A stretch of DNA of 63,268 bases, filler included, from Octopus bimaculoides (taxonomy: Eukaryota), in assembly GCF_001194135.2 (NCBI RefSeq). It is 5 parts of 5 records of this genome, joined end to end, with 100 filler letters (N's around TTAATTAATTAA, not from the genome) between each part and the next. Parts side by side here need not be neighbours in the genome. Positions count along the whole stretch, not along the records: positions 61,397 to 63,268 come from NW_026355954.1; 4 more parts are not named here. One strand, written 5' to 3'. A program made the translations under genes and the position numbers. Within the stretch, counting starts at the first letter, position 1. The number at the start of each line of letters is the position of its first letter. A model generated the notes under the pieces. That model searched no databases. It was given only the letters and a program-made list of their open reading frames with translations, and had not been told where the DNA came from. This document shows positions 62,111 through 63,268 of the stretch, piece after piece.

Positions 62111-63268
62111 NNNNNNNNNNNNNNNNNNNNNNNNNNNNNNNNNNNNNNNNNNNNNNNNNNNNNNNNNNNNNNNNNNNNNNNNNNNNNNNNNNNNNNNNNN
62201 NNNNNNNNNNNNNNNNNNNNNNNNNNNNNNNNNNNNNNNNNNNNNNNNNNNNNNNNNNNNNNNNNNNNNNNNNNNNNNNNNNNNNNNNNNNNNNNNNNNN
62301 NNNNNNNNNNNNNNNNNNNNNNNNNNNNNNNNNNNNNNNNNNNNNNNNNNNNNNNNNNNNNNNNNNNNNNNNNNNNNNNNNNNNNNNNNNNNNNNNNNNN
62401 NNNNNNNNNNNNNNNNNNNNNNNNNNNNNNNNNNNNNNNNNNNNNNNNNNNNNNNNNNNNNNNNNNNNNNNNNNNNNNNNNNNNNNNNNNNNNNNNNNNN
62501 NNNNNNNNNNNNNNNNNNNNNNNNNNNNNNNNNNNNNNNNNNNNNNNNNNNNNNNNNNNNNNNNNNNNNNNNNNNNNNNNNNNNNNNNNNNNNNNNNNNN
62601 NNNNNNNNNNNNNNNNNNNNNNNNNNNNNNNNNNNNNNNNNNNNNNNNNNNNNNNNNNNNNNNNNNNNNNNNNNNNNNNGTTTATTAGAAAAAAGTCGCA
62701 TGAAGATATGGCGTAAAGAAAAGGAATAGAATAAGGAGATATATAAATATGAATGAAAGTTTTATTTATAAAATCATGAATGAAAATTAAAATGTATATA
62801 ATTTAAGTCATAATAAAACAATTAACTATATTGTAAACATTTTATGGAAATTTAAAATCTAAGTAATTATAGAGTCTAAAGAATAAGACTAAGATACATA
62901 AATTATATAATATATATCAAATAAGCTAAACTACTATAATTAAATTAATTAATTAAAATATTTATATTATTAATTTTATAAAAATCATAGTGCCATTAAA
63001 ATATTAATTCATAAAAATTACTAAAAATATTTACGAACTAATAAATACACAATTAATAATTACAAATTATAACTACTACAATTAGTAAAGTAGGAATTAT
63101 ACACACACACACATATACATACATACATGCATACATACACATACAGACATACACACACACATACACACATACATACACACACACATACACACACACACAT
63201 ATATGTATACACACGCACACATATATATATATACATATGTATACACACACACACACACACACACACAC

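Noticed and set aside
4756-63268. Most ORFs in the supplied track (YV/HT/LSIY/ER/N/X-rich)
   Set aside because: They are translations of microsatellites or N gaps, not genes.

Overview
Repeat-dominated, AT-rich metazoan genomic window from a draft short-read assembly, with many N gaps (several carrying a TTAATTAATTAA spacer). The SINE types and extreme microsatellite load suggest a cephalopod, probably Octopus (inference). No complete protein-coding gene, tRNA/rRNA gene or CRISPR array can be supported. Most listed ORFs are translations of microsatellites or N runs. Recognisable content: about 20 copies of a tRNA-derived SINE plus several other SINE families; three fragments of an R4/Dong-type RLE retrotransposon in (TAA)n tracts; L1/Tx1-like ORF1, ORF2 and 3'-tail fragments; a CR1-like 3' end; Tc1, pogo/Tigger and mariner-derived DNA transposon remnants; a decayed Helitron; a TG...CA-bounded LTR-like element; and an AT-rich tandem repeat. 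The main unexplained signals are: (1) a set of type I hammerhead ribozyme motifs with family-specific palindromic helix III, one fused to a tRNA-derived SINE head; (2) two adjacent perfect hairpins with identical loops at 60541-60649, best read as a 16-bp target duplication around an insert copied in reverse from both flanks; (3) a SINE variant sharing its 3' tail with the Tx1-like LINE; (4) a CpG-depleted domain at about 7.9-15.6 kb that may mark a methylated gene body whose exons I could not resolve. All calls were made by eye, and element boundaries are approximate unless stated.
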